64,000 nucleotides of DNA, taken from Patescibacteria group bacterium. Its GTDB lineage: Bacteria > Patescibacteriota > WWE3 > 2-01-FULL-39-13. Positions within the stretch are counted from its first letter, which is position 1; every line of letters starts with the position of its first letter. Location: NCBI GenBank assembly GCA_048499955.1, contig JASNYX010000002.1:4513-68512 (forward strand), in the 5' to 3' direction. Position numbers and translations under genes: made by a program. The notes below the pieces were generated by a model, which did no database searches, was not told the DNA's origin, and worked only from the letters and a program-made list of their open reading frames with translations. This document shows positions 1 to 9,286 of this stretch, in pieces.

Positions 1-472
1 CCACAATTGAACGCTCGTAATTGGTAATGTAGAGATGATTTTCTAATACTTTAGGTTGTCCGGGTGCAAAACTCCACTGAACTCTAACCGTGATTCTCTT
101 TGTTAGGGGGTCAACTGTACCTGAAGATGTTAAATTACCCGAAGCATCCCTATGTGCATCTGAAATAATTACCTGACGTGAATACTTATCAAACGTATCT
201 GAACTCCCTGAAAGTTCCCATGTACCTGAAGTAGAACTTAATCCATATGTTCCATTAACCATATTTGTGAATTCGGATTTTTTGATGTTTCGTACGGCCT
301 CAATACCCTCTTGTAGATATAGTGATGCTTGAAGATTATCCTCTGCTCTTCTATTAGCAGAAAAATTAAAAACAATAGTGTTTGATGCAGCAACACCGAT
401 TAACGCAAACATTGCTATGGCTAGGGTGATTTCCAATATACTCAAGCCTTTTAAGTTCCTTTTAAATCTCAT
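1..472 (-). CDS. Type IV pilin-like / pseudopilin, partial (C-terminus lies beyond the left edge of the window)
   Basis: The minus-strand ATG at 470-472 overlaps the stop of the 469-894 gene (ATGA). The translated N-terminus MRFKRNLKG-LSILEITLAIAMF is a class III prepilin leader, with Gly at -1 and Glu at +5. The frame stays open to position 1. It is absent from the ORF track because it is truncated by the window edge. Confidence 0.55.
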   Translation of the reverse strand, partial: MRFKRNLKGLSILEITLAIAMFALIGVAASNTIVFNFSANRRAEDNLQASLYLQEGIEAVRNIKKSEFTNMVNGTYGLSSTSGTWELSGSSDTFDKYSRQVIISDAHRDASGNLTSSGTVDPLTKRITVRVQWSFAPGQPKVLENHLYITNYERSIV

Positions 473-894
473 TGAATATCCATACCCCCCGACTGATTTA
501 AATTAATATTAATGCTGTCGATGCTAGAGCTAATAGTAATACTCAACGTATTCGTAGGCTCGCCTCTAAGCACCGAAAATTGAGTATCAGAAAGCCCGCT
601 CACATTTACACTTGAGGGTATATCATAATCCTCTTTCCGGGTTGGAGATTCACATGTACCTCTGTAAATTCTCACTTTACTTTCATAAAGGCATAGCCCC
701 CATGCACCTCCTGCTCTGGCGGAAATTGAATACATCTGGGCCTTTCTAATGCTGCTCACAACTTTATCTCTTGTGGTTTGCATGTTACTTCTTAAAACAA
801 ATCCGGTATAAAAAGGTAACGAAAGCAATCCGATAATGGATAATAGTGCTACAACAAGTAATAATTCTGTGTAAGAGCCCCCCTTTAAATTCAT
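469..894 (-). CDS. Type IV pilus minor pilin / pseudopilin
   Basis: The N-terminus MNLKGGSYTELLLVVALLSIIGLL has a prepilin-peptidase motif (G, then hydrophobic helix with E at +5). It is 141 aa and co-oriented with pilC and pilB in an operon. Confidence 0.6.
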   Translation of the reverse strand: MNLKGGSYTELLLVVALLSIIGLLSLPFYTGFVLRSNMQTTRDKVVSSIRKAQMYSISARAGGAWGLCLYESKVRIYRGTCESPTRKEDYDIPSSVNVSGLSDTQFSVLRGEPTNTLSITISSSIDSININLNQSGGMDIQ

Positions 895-906
895 ACTTTA
901 AAAATC

Positions 907-1971
907 CTAATGATTAATGTTTCCGGTGATTTCATATATGGGACCAATTATTGCTAACGCTAGAAATGCCACAGCTAAACCTATCGCTGCCAACATTATC
1001 GGCTCCAACACATTGCTAAGGTTTTTTGTGATGTTATCGATTTCTTCTTCGTAAAATTCGCTTAAATATAAAAGTACGTCTTCAAGATTTCCGGTTTTTT
1101 CGCCAACTTTAATCATTTTTACAGTCATGGTAGGGAATTCGTGGAAATTGTGCCGCTCCAAGGAATCACTAATGTTCTTTCCTTTCACTAGATCTTCCTT
1201 AACCTTGTATAAATGATGTCTAAATGTAACGATATTCAAAGTATTTGCAGATGTTTCAAGCCCGCTAGCTAAAGGGACTCCACTTTGCATTAATGTTCCT
1301 AAATTACGTGTAAATCTGGATAACTGACTATAAATAATCATCTTCCCAAACAACGGGACTCTTACAAGAAAATTTTGCCAAATCGGCTTAAATGTATTTG
1401 TCGAAATTAACCATCTGAAAAATATTGAAAGAGCTATAAATCCGATAAAAATAACAACACCATAACTTTTCATTATTCCCGAGAAACCTATTAAAATGCG
1501 AGTAGACAAAGGCAAAGGAATATCAATATTTTCGAAAAAATCTGTTAACTTCGGCAACACGAATATAGAAATAAAACCACCGATACCCGATCCCGCAAAG
1601 AAAACCATCATCGGATAAAACATAGCTCCCTGTATTTTTTTCCGTAATGCGTAGTCTTTAGAAATTTGTTCACTTAAATATTTTAGGGTTTCCTCTAGCG
1701 TACCCGATTCTTCGCTTACTCTAATCAAGCTAGTGTAAAAATTGTCGAAAACATTGGGGAATTTTTTCAATGCATGATATAACGATTTACCGTTTTCAAC
1801 TTCCTGTATTACCTGTCTGAGTACACTCTTAAAATAGTCCGACTTTGCATTTGAAGCCAAAGTATCTAACGCCTCGTAAATCGGAACACCAGATTTGATC
1901 ATTATCGCCAAGTGCTTAGTAAAAAGTAGCTTATCTATTAAACTGACACTTTTAAAAATAGTGAAAGACAT
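907..1971 (-). CDS. pilC: Type IV pilus assembly platform protein PilC (GspF family)
   Basis: Polytopic membrane protein with duplicated GspF-like segments (IKSGVPIYEALDTLA ... MQSGVPLASGLETSA). It sits directly downstream of the PilB ATPase gene. Confidence 0.85.
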   Translation of the reverse strand: MSFTIFKSVSLIDKLLFTKHLAIMIKSGVPIYEALDTLASNAKSDYFKSVLRQVIQEVENGKSLYHALKKFPNVFDNFYTSLIRVSEESGTLEETLKYLSEQISKDYALRKKIQGAMFYPMMVFFAGSGIGGFISIFVLPKLTDFFENIDIPLPLSTRILIGFSGIMKSYGVVIFIGFIALSIFFRWLISTNTFKPIWQNFLVRVPLFGKMIIYSQLSRFTRNLGTLMQSGVPLASGLETSANTLNIVTFRHHLYKVKEDLVKGKNISDSLERHNFHEFPTMTVKMIKVGEKTGNLEDVLLYLSEFYEEEIDNITKNLSNVLEPIMLAAIGLAVAFLALAIIGPIYEITGNINH

Positions 1972-1974
1972 ATT

Positions 1975-3672
1975 TTATTCGTTTGTAGCTCTAATTAATT
2001 CCTCTAAACTGGTTAAACCCAACGCCACTTTATCTAAGCCATCTTCAAGCATTGTTATCATCCCATTTTTAATTGCTATCTGAGCAATTACTGAAGCGTT
2101 TTCTTTTTGCACAATGGCCTTACGCACATCCTCATCAACTTCAAGAACTTCGTAAATGCCAATTCGACCTGCATACCCTGATCCGCCACAAATATCACAT
2201 CCTTTGCCTTTATAAACTCGGATTTTGTCTGCGGATTTTGCCCCAAAGTGCTTTTTGATTAATGCAGGGGGAACTTCCTGTGCGAATTTCTTTATTTCAC
2301 CCGGATTTAAATCAGTCGAAACTCTACATTCTTCGCAAATCCTGCGAACTAACCTCTGTCCAACAATCACATTTACTGAAGATGCCACTAGAAATGGTTC
2401 TACTCCCATGTCAAATAATCTTGGAATCGTGGTTGCCGCATCATTAGTGTGTAAGGTCGATAACACAAGATGGCCGGTCATAGCAGAATTGACCGCTATT
2501 TTAGCCGTTTCCTCGTCTCGGATTTCGCCTACAAGAATAATATCGGGATCTTGTCTGACAATCGAACGAAGTCCATTTGCAAACGTAAGGCCAGCCTTGG
2601 GATTAACCTGAATCTGGCTTATATTTTCTAAATCAAATTCGACAGGATCTTCGATCGTCATAATATTTACATCACGAGTGTTTAAATCTTTCAGAATCGC
2701 GTACAACGTAGTTGTTTTACCTGATCCGGTTGGTCCGGTAGCCAGAATCATTCCATAGGGTTTTTTATATGCACTATCAATCTTGGCTAGCGAATCACCT
2801 TTAAATCCGAGATCCTCTAATGTCAGCTGATGAGATTTTTCCGAGAGTAACCGAAGTACGACTTTCTCTCCGCCGGTAATAGGTACGATCGACACACGCA
2901 AATTCAATACCTCATCGAAGATCTTCTTAGAAAGCTTGCCATCTTGAGGAATATGCCTTGCATCTGTTCTCAAACTACTTAAAACTTTTATTCTGGTGAT
3001 TATCTGATCATGAATTTTTATTGGAAGACGAACGATATCATGTAGAACTCCATCAATTCTAAATCTTAGAAGTGAATATGATTCTTCCGGTTCAAGATGA
3101 ACATCTGACGACTTATTTTTGTATGCATATTCGATAATGGTATCAACAATTTTAATAATTGAAGGCTCTGCCGATTTTCCGCCGGCACCTTTAACCTGTT
3201 TGATATTTTGTGCAAGAATATCCTCGAAGGCGAGAATGACATCTTTTGCATATAAATCAACCGCTTCACTGATGTTTTTCTCAGTAGCGAAATGAATTAC
3301 AACATTTTGCCCGGTTTTCTTTCTTAAAAAATTAACTATTTCAAGATTTCCGGGATCTGACATGGCAATATGCAAACCTTTATCGTCTTTTGAAAATGAG
3401 ATTACTTTCCGTTTCCGGGCAACAACCTCCGGAACCAAGTGCAGTATCTCGTCCGGAATATGCATAAATTTCAAATCAATGTATGGAAGTCCCAAAGCAT
3501 TAGCAACAAGTTGTCCGAATTGGCTATCCGGAATAATATTTGCATCCGAGATGTATTTATAAAGAGAAACTCCCTCAGCTCTTGCACTCTTTTGAGCCAG
3601 TGCAAACGTATCCGGAGTCATGATTTTAGTATCAAGAAGGATTTTTTCTATCAGCTGATCGTTTATGAGCAT
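1975..3672 (-). CDS. pilB: Type IV pilus assembly ATPase PilB (GspE family)
   Basis: 565 aa. It has the Walker A motif GPTGSGKTTT and an N-terminal GspE_N-like region. Its length fits PilB rather than the shorter PilT. Confidence 0.9.
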   Translation of the reverse strand: MLINDQLIEKILLDTKIMTPDTFALAQKSARAEGVSLYKYISDANIIPDSQFGQLVANALGLPYIDLKFMHIPDEILHLVPEVVARKRKVISFSKDDKGLHIAMSDPGNLEIVNFLRKKTGQNVVIHFATEKNISEAVDLYAKDVILAFEDILAQNIKQVKGAGGKSAEPSIIKIVDTIIEYAYKNKSSDVHLEPEESYSLLRFRIDGVLHDIVRLPIKIHDQIITRIKVLSSLRTDARHIPQDGKLSKKIFDEVLNLRVSIVPITGGEKVVLRLLSEKSHQLTLEDLGFKGDSLAKIDSAYKKPYGMILATGPTGSGKTTTLYAILKDLNTRDVNIMTIEDPVEFDLENISQIQVNPKAGLTFANGLRSIVRQDPDIILVGEIRDEETAKIAVNSAMTGHLVLSTLHTNDAATTIPRLFDMGVEPFLVASSVNVIVGQRLVRRICEECRVSTDLNPGEIKKFAQEVPPALIKKHFGAKSADKIRVYKGKGCDICGGSGYAGRIGIYEVLEVDEDVRKAIVQKENASVIAQIAIKNGMITMLEDGLDKVALGLTSLEELIRATNE

Positions 3673-3708
3673 TACTAAAAGTTTAGCACTACTATCGATA
3701 TTGGGAAA

Positions 3709-3741
3709 ACAAAAAGCCCTCTACAACGAGAGGGCTTTTTT
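3709..3741 (-). terminator. Rho-independent terminator downstream of the major pilin gene
   Basis: The hairpin agccctc-tacaacg-agagggct (3714-3735) is followed by a T-run on the minus-strand transcript and an A/T-run on the other side. It lies between the pilin stop (3764) and the pilB start (3672). Confidence 0.55.
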
Positions 3742-3763
3742 CTAGACTGTACTTAACAAGTTT

Positions 3764-4249
3764 TTATCTTGAAACTTGTACAGTTTCACTTCTTTCAGCT
3801 CTACATGCGGCAACCGTAACAAGGTTATTAGCATCAACTGAAACAGAATAACCTGTAGTCGTAGCCGTTGAATCACTTAGCGGATCTATTGGCATAGTCT
3901 TTAGATATGGAGTTAAATCCGTAGCAAGATCTACACAAGCAGCTTGTGCCCCCGGACATAGTGTTGCACCACCTGAACCGCAACTACCTAACTGATAGGT
4001 GAGCGCGTCAGATACTAATCCGGTCGGAAGCGATCCTTCATTATCAACAGTATACTGATGTACAGCAGTTAATATGCTGTTAACATCTGTCCACCTTCTC
4101 GAGTTTCGGCTTTCTTGGAATCGTCTTACGGGATCAAGAGCCACAAACACGACGACAGCTAAGGTCGCAATGATCGCGATAACAACTAGCAACTCAATAA
4201 GAGTAAAACCTGCTTTAGCGCGGGGTTTACTCTGGGAGGAATTGAACAT
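3764..4249 (-). CDS. pilA: Type IV major pilin (PilA-like)
   Basis: The N-terminus KAG-FTLIELLVVIAIIATLAVV is a canonical class III signal with F+1 and E+5. The 161-aa protein has a Ser/Thr- and Cys-containing C-terminal head domain (4 Cys) and is followed by a terminator. Confidence 0.8.
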   Translation of the reverse strand: MFNSSQSKPRAKAGFTLIELLVVIAIIATLAVVVFVALDPVRRFQESRNSRRWTDVNSILTAVHQYTVDNEGSLPTGLVSDALTYQLGSCGSGGATLCPGAQAACVDLATDLTPYLKTMPIDPLSDSTATTTGYSVSVDANNLVTVAACRAERSETVQVSR

Positions 4250-4387
4250 TTTTTACCTTTCAGAGTGAAGAACCATCCGAAACTCGGATGATTACTTCCG
4301 TTTCAGCTAGGAAACGAAAAAACTACTTACTACTGTATAAAATATATCTGAACTCAACGGAAATGACAAATAGCAATGCAAGTGGGA

Positions 4388-4765
4388 TTATTTACTTAAA
4401 AAATTTTCGACCTGATCTATCAGATCTTTAACAGAAAAATCTTTTTTTACGATATAACCTAAAGCGCCCATTTCTTTAGCCTTTTCTATATCCTCCTTTT
4501 GACCAAGGTTTGAAAATATGACGATCTTAATGTCTTTCAATTGCGGATCTTTTTTTATCTCTGCTATAGTTTCAAAGCCATCTTTTACGGGCATTATAAT
4601 ATCCAAAAGCACTAAATCCGGCTTGTTCTCCCTTGATTTGTCTATAACTTCCTGCCCATTCGCTACAGGAACAACATCGTAGCCTCTTTCCGTTAACTCC
4701 CCTTGCAGAATTTTCCAGAAAAATTCATTGTCATCTGCAATTATGATGTATTTTTTATTTGGCAT
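4388..4765 (-). CDS. Single-domain response regulator (CheY-like receiver)
   Basis: 125-aa REC domain with acidic pocket residues DD and the phospho-acceptor in the LVLLDIIMP context. There is no output domain. Confidence 0.85.
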   Translation of the reverse strand: MPNKKYIIIADDNEFFWKILQGELTERGYDVVPVANGQEVIDKSRENKPDLVLLDIIMPVKDGFETIAEIKKDPQLKDIKIVIFSNLGQKEDIEKAKEMGALGYIVKKDFSVKDLIDQVENFLSK

Positions 4766-4768
4766 TTA

Positions 4769-5512
4769 TTAAACAGTAATTCTCGCAGGAACTAATAAAT
4801 AAAACGTACTTCCCTCTTTTTCCTTCGATTCAAACCACATTTTACCACCTATATTATTTACCATTAAATTACACAAATATAAATCCAGACCATTTCCCTT
4901 AACGCTCAGCTTCTGCGAGTTCGTAGTTCGGTAAAAAGCTTCGCCTATCATCGATATCTCATTGTCCGGTATACCAATACCGGTATCATCAACAGTGAAT
5001 AAAAGACTTCCGTCGAGCTTTTCAGCTTTTATCACGACTCCGCCACCCGGCTTATTATAGTAAACTGCATTTTCTATCAGAATTCTAAGTAATTCACGAA
5101 TCACGTAATCATCATATTTGCAGTCAAATTCAAAACCTTCCGGGATACTGATTTCGACTTCTAAATTCTGCTCGATGATCTCATTCTCTAACTCGGCTAG
5201 TATCATCTTCGAAACCTCATTAAGATTTATGGATACCAATTCGTGTGAATCAATTGATTCTCCAAGATTTGCCTGCACAACCTTAAGTAGCACATTTGCA
5301 AAATCTTCTAATTTTTTTACCGTAAGAGCGATATCATTTGCCTTTTCTTTCGATTTTGCCGACAGCTTGGAATCTTTCAACATAAGTTCAAGATTCCACT
5401 TAATGATTGTAATAGGGCCTAAAAGTTTATGAGCTGCAATAGATATAAAGAGATCTTTTGAAGACCTCAAAATATCCGGGTCAACCTTAGGCAGATTTTT
5501 TTGTTTTTCCAT
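4769..5512 (-). CDS. Sensor histidine kinase (cytoplasmic, no TM sensor domain)
   Basis: It has an H-box (IAAHKLLGPITII), an N/G1 box (DDTGIGIP) and a G2 box (GNGLDLYLCNL) of HATPase_c. It is 247 aa with no predicted membrane helices and lies immediately upstream of the receiver gene. Confidence 0.8.
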   Translation of the reverse strand: MEKQKNLPKVDPDILRSSKDLFISIAAHKLLGPITIIKWNLELMLKDSKLSAKSKEKANDIALTVKKLEDFANVLLKVVQANLGESIDSHELVSINLNEVSKMILAELENEIIEQNLEVEISIPEGFEFDCKYDDYVIRELLRILIENAVYYNKPGGGVVIKAEKLDGSLLFTVDDTGIGIPDNEISMIGEAFYRTTNSQKLSVKGNGLDLYLCNLMVNNIGGKMWFESKEKEGSTFYLLVPARITV

Positions 5513-5682
5513 TTCTATATGTGTATTTTATGCTTGCACTCATGATTTTTAATTGAGTGAAAACACCGATTTATTTTACCCTACAAATTTATATTTGGTT
5601 CCAATTTAGCTATAATAACAACATATCATAATTTGCTAAATGTTTAACCGTATTTTTATTATGATGTAAATCAAAGCAAATC

Positions 5683-5757
5683 GGCCCACTTAGCTCAGTT
5701 GGTAGAGCGGATATTTCGTAAGTATCAGGTCATTGGTTCGATTCCAATAGTGGGCTC
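5683..5757 (+). tRNA. tRNA-Thr (anticodon CGU)
   Basis: Cloverleaf read by eye. Acceptor GGCCCAC/GTGGGCT, D-arm AGCTC-AGTTGGTA-GAGCG, anticodon stem GATAT/GTATC with loop TTCGTAA (U33, anticodon CGT, A37), T-arm ATTGG-TTCGATT-CCAAT. CCA is not fully encoded. Confidence 0.85.
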
Positions 5758-5782
5758 CAGTGTGTGATAATCTATTCAAAGT

Positions 5783-6547
5783 ATGAAGAACTTAATGTCC
5801 AGACGTGCGAATAAAAAAAGCAAACCGGTGGTCGCCAAAATGAAGACTCCAAGGTCTAAATCCGTGTATCTCGTCAGGCGAATCCTTATTACTAATTTTC
5901 TTACCTTAGTTATACTTGGACTCACTTATTTATGGGTAATATACCTATTGTCAAACGCTAACTCATTTTGGGACATATTCAGAGGAAAGCAGGCTTATGT
6001 TGATACAGACACTATTCCTCCCGTAACCCCATATTTGAATCCGATACCTGAAGCCACCAAAGATGACCTCATTAGTATCTCTGGGCAATCCGAGGAAGGT
6101 GTAAAAGTAATGCTATTTATCAATGGCTCAAAGTCTCAGGAAACCATTGCAGATGGAGACGGCCACTTCGACTTTACCGGTATAGCAACTTCAGAACTGG
6201 CACAAAATCTTTATATCATTGCAATTGATGAGTCCGGAAACGAAAGTAAACCATCAACTTCTTATGAATTCGTCAAAGATATAACACCACCGGAATTCGA
6301 AATCACAAACCCTAAAGCAAACGAAGTATTCAGATCAACCGGAAGAACCTACACCGTCGTCGGGAAAACCGAACCGGGAATTACCATAACCATCAACGAA
6401 CAATTCGCCTTGGTACAACCTTCCGGTGATTTTTCAGCAAACATCCGATTAGACGAGGGGAACAATAAGCTCAAAATTAAAGCTACCGACAAAGCCGGAA
6501 ACGAAAAAGAAGAAGAGCTAACCATGAAATACGAGAAAATCGATTAA
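5783..6547 (+). CDS. Hypothetical membrane-anchored protein with two Ig-like/beta-sandwich repeats
   Basis: It has a basic N-terminus, one TM helix, and two internally similar approximately 80-aa segments (…EGVKVMLFINGSK…GDGHFDF… and …TEPGITITINEQF…GDFSANI…KLKIKATDKAGNE). Confidence 0.55.
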   Translation: MKNLMSRRANKKSKPVVAKMKTPRSKSVYLVRRILITNFLTLVILGLTYLWVIYLLSNANSFWDIFRGKQAYVDTDTIPPVTPYLNPIPEATKDDLISISGQSEEGVKVMLFINGSKSQETIADGDGHFDFTGIATSELAQNLYIIAIDESGNESKPSTSYEFVKDITPPEFEITNPKANEVFRSTGRTYTVVGKTEPGITITINEQFALVQPSGDFSANIRLDEGNNKLKIKATDKAGNEKEEELTMKYEKID

Positions 6548-6569
6548 TTTGTATAATCACAAATCCGCA

Positions 6570-7805
6570 TCATTGCTTAATAATATCTCTGAGTCCAAAG
6601 TAAAATCCCACCAAAACCACAAACTCAGTAATTCCCGTAGATACGGCAGCTCCAATATAATCATATTGCTGAATAAGATAAAAATTTAAAGCGAGGTTAA
6701 TAACTAAGCCGATAAAATAGACTTTCAGCATAAGTTTGCTCCTATTTTCCAACACCGCAACCCAATTTAGTGGTGCCGTAGCAAAGAAAGGCAACGAACT
6801 TACCATTAAAATAGCAAATGGCAGCCAACTGGGTGACATTTCATTCCCCCACAGGGCTGGAATTGCCCAATATACGACAAGCATCAATATTGGAACACTT
6901 ATAAACCAAAGCACCAAATTATACGCGAACAATTTACGCAGATATTCCCCAAACCGAGCATCTGAATCTTTACGAATATTCACTAATACGGGATAAAAAG
7001 CATTCATTAAAAAAGTCGGGAACACTAGGAATACTTCGAATAGCTTATACGATAAGCTATAAATCCCTACGGAAACACCCGTAGATAAAACAGATAGCAA
7101 AAACTTATCTACACCAAACATTAGTGAGTTAAATAACATTGCGATGCCAATAATATAGGATGATCCTAAAATAACCTTAAAATATTGTGGATCCCACATC
7201 TCATTCCACTTGAAATATTCCCTGACAAGCGAGATAGAAACACCAAGCGCAAGAATCGCAGAAACCAGATACATTTGAACAAGACCCGATATTGTAGGCA
7301 CCTCAACATTAAGGACATAGATTAGGGTTAAAATAAATGAGCTGAAGGCCCAAACCCCGTTTATTAATAGCTGATTCTTATAGGTAAGCCTAGATTGAAA
7401 TATAAGATTCGTACTGTTTATCAATGAAAACGCTAAAATAATCGGCAATCCCCAAAGTGCAGCAGATTTAACCTCGTTTGAATATGGCAAAAACACTAGA
7501 ATTAAGCCGGACATCACAGTTAGTAACGAGCCAAGAACTAACTTGTATCCGACGATTTTGGAAAAATATTTATATGCGTTCTGTTGATCTTCGGCAAAAG
7601 ATTTAGCAAAGTAAACGTTAGTACCAAAGTCGGCAAAAATATAAAATAACGCAATATAATTTAATACGATTGAATATTCCCCCCAGACTTCACGTCCAAA
7701 GGATCTGATGATGATTATGCTGACTAGAAAGGCGAAAATAGAAAGACTATATCGACTAATCAGTTGATATAGAGTATTTAGTGTTATTTTTCTTCGGATA
7801 TTCAT
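6570..7805 (-). CDS. Polysaccharide/oligosaccharide flippase (Wzx-like, MOP superfamily)
   Basis: 411 aa with roughly 12 predicted TM helices and the typical N-terminal region of Wzx/polysaccharide biosynthesis proteins. Confidence 0.65.
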   Translation of the reverse strand: MNIRRKITLNTLYQLISRYSLSIFAFLVSIIIIRSFGREVWGEYSIVLNYIALFYIFADFGTNVYFAKSFAEDQQNAYKYFSKIVGYKLVLGSLLTVMSGLILVFLPYSNEVKSAALWGLPIILAFSLINSTNLIFQSRLTYKNQLLINGVWAFSSFILTLIYVLNVEVPTISGLVQMYLVSAILALGVSISLVREYFKWNEMWDPQYFKVILGSSYIIGIAMLFNSLMFGVDKFLLSVLSTGVSVGIYSLSYKLFEVFLVFPTFLMNAFYPVLVNIRKDSDARFGEYLRKLFAYNLVLWFISVPILMLVVYWAIPALWGNEMSPSWLPFAILMVSSLPFFATAPLNWVAVLENRSKLMLKVYFIGLVINLALNFYLIQQYDYIGAAVSTGITEFVVLVGFYFGLRDIIKQ

Positions 7806-7894
7806 TTACCAAATTCTAGCACCAATTTTATGTACAATTCACTTAAAGAGCTTATGGTTAACATTGCAAATCGTCGAAATGTGGTTTTAAATGT

Positions 7895-8512
7895 TTGTTA
7901 GCGTTAAAATATACTTATATGTTTTCATTACTATCTTTTCTTAAGGCTCTGGTTATAGAGGTTGTCGAGACAATAGTTGTCGCACTTGCTATATTAGCCG
8001 TTGTTTATTTGCTAGCTTTTCAACCTCACGAGGTGAGCGGCGAATCCATGAATGGTATCGGAAGTTTCCATGACGGGCAATACATTCTGACTGATAAAAT
8101 CACTTATAAACTTCGTGAACCTCGACGTGGAGAGGTTGTAGTGTTCAAATACCCTCTAAACACCTCATACGACTATATTAAACGAGTTATTGGCCTACCC
8201 GGGGAAACTATACGAATTCAAGATAATCAAGTCATTATCATAAATGATGAGAATCCTAACGGCTTTATTCTAGAGGAGAATGAATATCTAGCATCCGAAG
8301 TCCCGACAACAGGCAGATCGTTTGCTGAAGAAAATGAAGAAATAAAGATACCTGAAGGACACTACTTCGTCATGGGAGATAATCGTCCCGAAAGCTCTGA
8401 TTCACGAACCTGGGGCTTTGTTCCCGAAAACGATATTATCGGCAAAAGCTTCTTTAGATACTGGCCCCCAAATGAAGCCGGACTAATACATAATCCTCAA
8501 TATACAAATTAA
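7895..8512 (+). CDS. lepB: Signal peptidase I
   Basis: N-terminal TM, catalytic Ser box (GESMNG), Lys box (KRVIGLPGETI), and the C-terminal GDNRPESSDSR motif. Confidence 0.88.
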   Translation: MLALKYTYMFSLLSFLKALVIEVVETIVVALAILAVVYLLAFQPHEVSGESMNGIGSFHDGQYILTDKITYKLREPRRGEVVVFKYPLNTSYDYIKRVIGLPGETIRIQDNQVIIINDENPNGFILEENEYLASEVPTTGRSFAEENEEIKIPEGHYFVMGDNRPESSDSRTWGFVPENDIIGKSFFRYWPPNEAGLIHNPQYTN

Positions 8513-8546
8513 GTTATTTTAGAAGGTGAATTGTTAAAAGTTGAAG

Positions 8547-8804
8547 TTAAGCGGCTTCAATGATTTTTACCGCTTTTTTCGATTTTGTGAGGTTATAATA
8601 CTCAACTACACCGGTTTTTGTTGCAAAAAGTGTGAAATCGCGCCCCATACCTACGTTTTCGCCCGGTTTGACTACGGTTCCTACCTGTCTAACTAAGATA
8701 GTACCTGCAGTAACCATCTCGCCTTCGTATTTTTTAATACCACGATGCTTTCCCTGTCTATTACCCTGTTGTCTTGTTGCTCCCTGTGCTTTTGTATGTG
8801 CCAT
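8547..8804 (-). CDS. rpmA: 50S ribosomal protein L27
   Basis: [40 protein letters not shown]… is an unmistakable L27 sequence. Confidence 0.95.
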   Translation of the reverse strand: MAHTKAQGATRQQGNRQGKHRGIKKYEGEMVTAGTILVRQVGTVVKPGENVGMGRDFTLFATKTGVVEYYNLTKSKKAVKIIEAA

Positions 8805-8821
8805 AATTAATGATTAGTGAA

Positions 8822-9247
8822 TTAAGTTTCCTTAGTTTCGTCTTTTTTAGCGACTTTTCTTACTTTAGAAGGTTTTTCAACCGTTTCAATTGAAGCTTCA
8901 ACAGCCTCAGTTTCTTTCTTCCAAACTAGCTCATTCTTAACTTTCTCACCAAAATCCACTACTGAAATTATTGAAATAGGCTGTCTATGTCCCTTATGTT
9001 TTCTATATCTTGATTTGGATTTATATCTTCGAACTTCGATTTTCTCATCTTTCAAATCGCTTGTAACTTCAAGTTTTACGCCAAATTTCTCGACTAATGG
9101 TGAACCGACCAATACGTTTCCATCCATCTCTGCAAGCAACACTTGCAACGTTGCGTCGGGAGAAACTCTATCAACCTGAAGTGTTTCACCCTTCTTAATA
9201 ATAAATTGTTTGGAATTTAGGCGGATAACCGCAAAGTTTTCAGACAT
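8822..9247 (-). CDS. rplU: 50S ribosomal protein L21, with a Lys/Glu-rich C-terminal extension
   Basis: Taking the start at the internal Met (MSENFAVIRLNSKQFIIKKGETL…) gives an L21 fold motif. It lies immediately upstream of rpmA, as in the conserved rplU-rpmA operon. The ORF-track start at 9286 adds 13 probably spurious residues. Confidence 0.85.
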   Translation of the reverse strand: MSENFAVIRLNSKQFIIKKGETLQVDRVSPDATLQVLLAEMDGNVLVGSPLVEKFGVKLEVTSDLKDEKIEVRRYKSKSRYRKHKGHRQPISIISVVDFGEKVKNELVWKKETEAVEASIETVEKPSKVRKVAKKDETKET

Positions 9248-9286
9248 AACGAAGAAAATCTTATCAAAAATTACCTGAAAACACAA

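Noticed and set aside
1895-3678. Several 60-130-aa plus-strand ORFs (1895-2083, 2073-2258, 2225-2611, 2262-2447, 3362-3562, 3439-3678) and 3066-3269 (-)
   Set aside because: All are embedded antisense or out of frame within the well-supported pilC and pilB genes, so they are treated as shadow ORFs.
5600-5682. Sigma-70-type promoter for tRNA-Thr (TTGCTA … TATGAT)
   Set aside because: The hexamers are present, but spacing is about 20-21 nt rather than 16-18, so I could not support a confident call.
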